Assembly: GCA_964248365.1 (NCBI GenBank)
Contig: CAXTYC010000023.1
Location: forward strand, 1 to 64,000
From: an uncultured Chroococcidiopsis sp.
GTDB taxonomy: Bacteria; Cyanobacteriota; Cyanobacteriia; Cyanobacteriales; Chroococcidiopsidaceae
Reading direction: 5' to 3'
DNA: 64,000 bases
In this document: piece after piece, positions 62,393 through 64,000 of the stretch
How positions within the stretch are numbered: position 1 is the first letter of the stretch
Layout of the letters: each line of letters begins with the position of its first letter
Translations under genes and position numbers: made by a program
The notes under the pieces: model-generated
The model's database searches: none
What the model was told of the DNA's origin: nothing
What the model saw: only the letters and a program-made list of their open reading frames with translations

Positions 62393-62488
62393 GTAATACA
62401 ATACTTTCGTAATAATCTTTTACAAACATTATCATAGATTGACAGTTAGGACATTGCATCATTCTTCTATTGTGCAACGCCCCTGATT

Positions 62489-63040
62489 TTATAATTGTTG
62501 CACTCGCAACCGTCGAAATCCTTCTTTGATCGCTGCCACAATTAAAACCCCGATTGCGATCGTCAGTACATCGTGGATTGTTGGCTTAAAACCTCCTAAT
62601 GAAACTAAAAGCGTAGTGGCTGCTGCTGGTGGATGAGAGGCATTGAGCAATATTCCAAACAACATATTTAGCGTTACTGCCAAAACCGCCGCAGCCACGC
62701 GAACTCCAGTTATTTCCCCCGTTGCAAGTACGCCAGGAGCGCTGTTTGCCCCAAATACAAAGACTGCCAGAAATCCCGTGCATACTCCGATGAAATGTCC
62801 TATAACCGTGTTGTAGAACCTCGAAAATGGTACATCGGGTTGTTCTGCTTGCAAAAACGCAGTTGGTCCCAAACTTGGAAAAATCCAAGGCTGGTGGGCA
62901 ACAAGTCCTAGAGATCCAACTAGCAGCATGAGTCGGCCTGAAACAAGGGGAACCCAAATCCAGTCGGGAATTGGGCGCTTAGGGTTGACATGGCGTGAGG
63001 CAGGTTGGGAAGATCTGCGGATCATCGATTTAGGCGGCAA
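62489..63040 (-). CDS. HPP-family membrane protein (possible nitrite transporter)
   Basis: PSLGPTAFL, VIGH and ASHPPAAATTL. The start may be ATG 63025. Confidence 0.88.
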   Translation of the reverse strand: MPPKSMIRRSSQPASRHVNPKRPIPDWIWVPLVSGRLMLLVGSLGLVAHQPWIFPSLGPTAFLQAEQPDVPFSRFYNTVIGHFIGVCTGFLAVFVFGANSAPGVLATGEITGVRVAAAVLAVTLNMLFGILLNASHPPAAATTLLVSLGGFKPTIHDVLTIAIGVLIVAAIKEGFRRLRVQQL

Positions 63041-63488
63041 CGACTAAGGTTTGCGGAGCGGCTTGCCGAATTCGGTGGAGTAACCAAGTGAGTTGGCGTT
63101 TGGTATGTTCGCTGCATTGGCTACAGACATATTCTAGGTCACGATCGCGCAAGGCTTTTGATGCTTGATCTAAAACGATCCAACAGAGCTGGACTTCGTT
63201 AGCAACTAGCCACAGATCTTGGAGATCTCGCATCAAGGCTAAACTTCCCGATCGCGGTTCGTCGAATCGAATTTGGATCAGGCGTTCGGGTTCTTCGCTT
63301 TTGTTTTTAGAGTAGCGATCGACAAGGGGTTTGAGTTTCTCCACATCAAGACGCGACCATGACGCTAGCAGTTGACAAGTTTCCTCAACATCAGGTTCAT
63401 CCCCGTGATGATTTGCCACCTTAATCAACGCATCTGCAAGCTGCTGTTGGGTGGTCTGAGCTAGTTGTAGATAGTTGCCGACGTGCAT
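63030..63488 (-). CDS. Helical-bundle (ferritin-like) protein associated with the molybdopterin oxidoreductase
   Basis: ATG 63488 lies 2 bp after the oxidoreductase stop; H.DEPDV, LMRDLQDL and RQAAPQTLVV. Confidence 0.7.
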   Translation of the reverse strand: MHVGNYLQLAQTTQQQLADALIKVANHHGDEPDVEETCQLLASWSRLDVEKLKPLVDRYSKNKSEEPERLIQIRFDEPRSGSLALMRDLQDLWLVANEVQLCWIVLDQASKALRDRDLEYVCSQCSEHTKRQLTWLLHRIRQAAPQTLVVAA

Positions 63489-63490
63489 AA

Positions 63491-64000
63491 TTATTTCTCC
63501 ACTTTGCGTATGCGAACCGCAGCATATTTGAAGTGCGGTTGTTTGCTCACAGGGTCCCATTGAGTAACTGTTAGCTCATTCGCAGCACGAGTGCGACCTG
63601 GATCGTCCCAGTAGCCGTAGTGAAAGGGGATAAAGAGTGTACCTTGAATGATATCTCCCACACGGGCGGGTTCGATTACTTTACCGCGTCGCGATTCTAC
63701 TTCGACTAGATCGCCGTCGGCAATGCCATATTTAGCCGCATCTTCCTTAGAAATTTGCACAAAGGCATCTGGTGCCGCTTCATAAAGCGCTTGCGATCGC
63801 CCTGTTTTGGTGCGCGTGTGAAAGTGATATACTAGTCGTCCAGTGGTGAGCCAGAACGGATAGTCGTCATCCGGTTGTTCGTGGGGAGGAATATAGTCAG
63901 CCGCTTTAATAATCGCTCGACCGTTTGGATCGTTGGCACGATATTCTTCAGCAGAAATGCTTGCACCCGTGTCGAGATCTTGTCCGTAAGTTTCGCAATA
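63491..64000 (-). CDS. Molybdopterin (bis-PGD) oxidoreductase, nitrate-reductase-like, 3' part only
   Basis: Open frame from the window edge: YPFWLTTGRLVYHFHTRTKTGR..GDLVEVESRRG..FIPFHYG..AANELT..DPVSKQPHFK. Confidence 0.9.
   Translation of the reverse strand, partial: YCETYGQDLDTGASISAEEYRANDPNGRAIIKAADYIPPHEQPDDDYPFWLTTGRLVYHFHTRTKTGRSQALYEAAPDAFVQISKEDAAKYGIADGDLVEVESRRGKVIEPARVGDIIQGTLFIPFHYGYWDDPGRTRAANELTVTQWDPVSKQPHFKYAAVRIRKVEK

Overview
Cyanobacterial chromosomal DNA. HIP1 octamers (GCGATCGC) and 7-bp STRR tandem repeats suggest a Nostocales/Chroococcidiopsidales-like host (inference). 1-36.3 kb is a large extracellular polysaccharide/sheath locus in two divergent arms. The left arm (minus strand) has a full-length wzc/gumC-like gene, but every gene downstream of it is broken by stops, frameshifts, truncation or IS insertion. 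The right arm (plus strand) is intact apart from a dead acyltransferase at its head; it carries about 9 glycosyltransferases, a Wzx flippase, a Wzy-like protein and a beta-helix hydrolase/lyase. Embedded in it are a stand-alone keto-acid-type NRPS module (A-KR-T-TE, no C domain) and a dedicated chorismate mutase/prephenate dehydrogenase, followed by an exported tyrosinase that appears circularly permuted. The best candidate for an undescribed system is therefore a pathway making hydroxyphenyl-lactyl (aromatic) units for the sheath polysaccharide, possibly oxidised or cross-linked by the tyrosinase; this is a hypothesis. 36.4-52 kb is mostly core genes (ispG, S41 protease, EF-G paralog, regulators, groES-groEL with K-box and CIRCE) plus a small GIY-YIG/hicBA relic. 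52.7-57.4 kb is mysABC without mysD/E, followed directly by a decayed GH32/GH68-like gene. 58.7-60.9 kb is an Eco47II-like type II R-M system with a divergent ribbon-helix-helix-like gene and twin palindromic operators. The window ends inside a molybdopterin oxidoreductase / helical protein / HPP transporter operon. No rRNA, tRNA or CRISPR array was seen. All family calls come from motif recognition by eye, not database searches.
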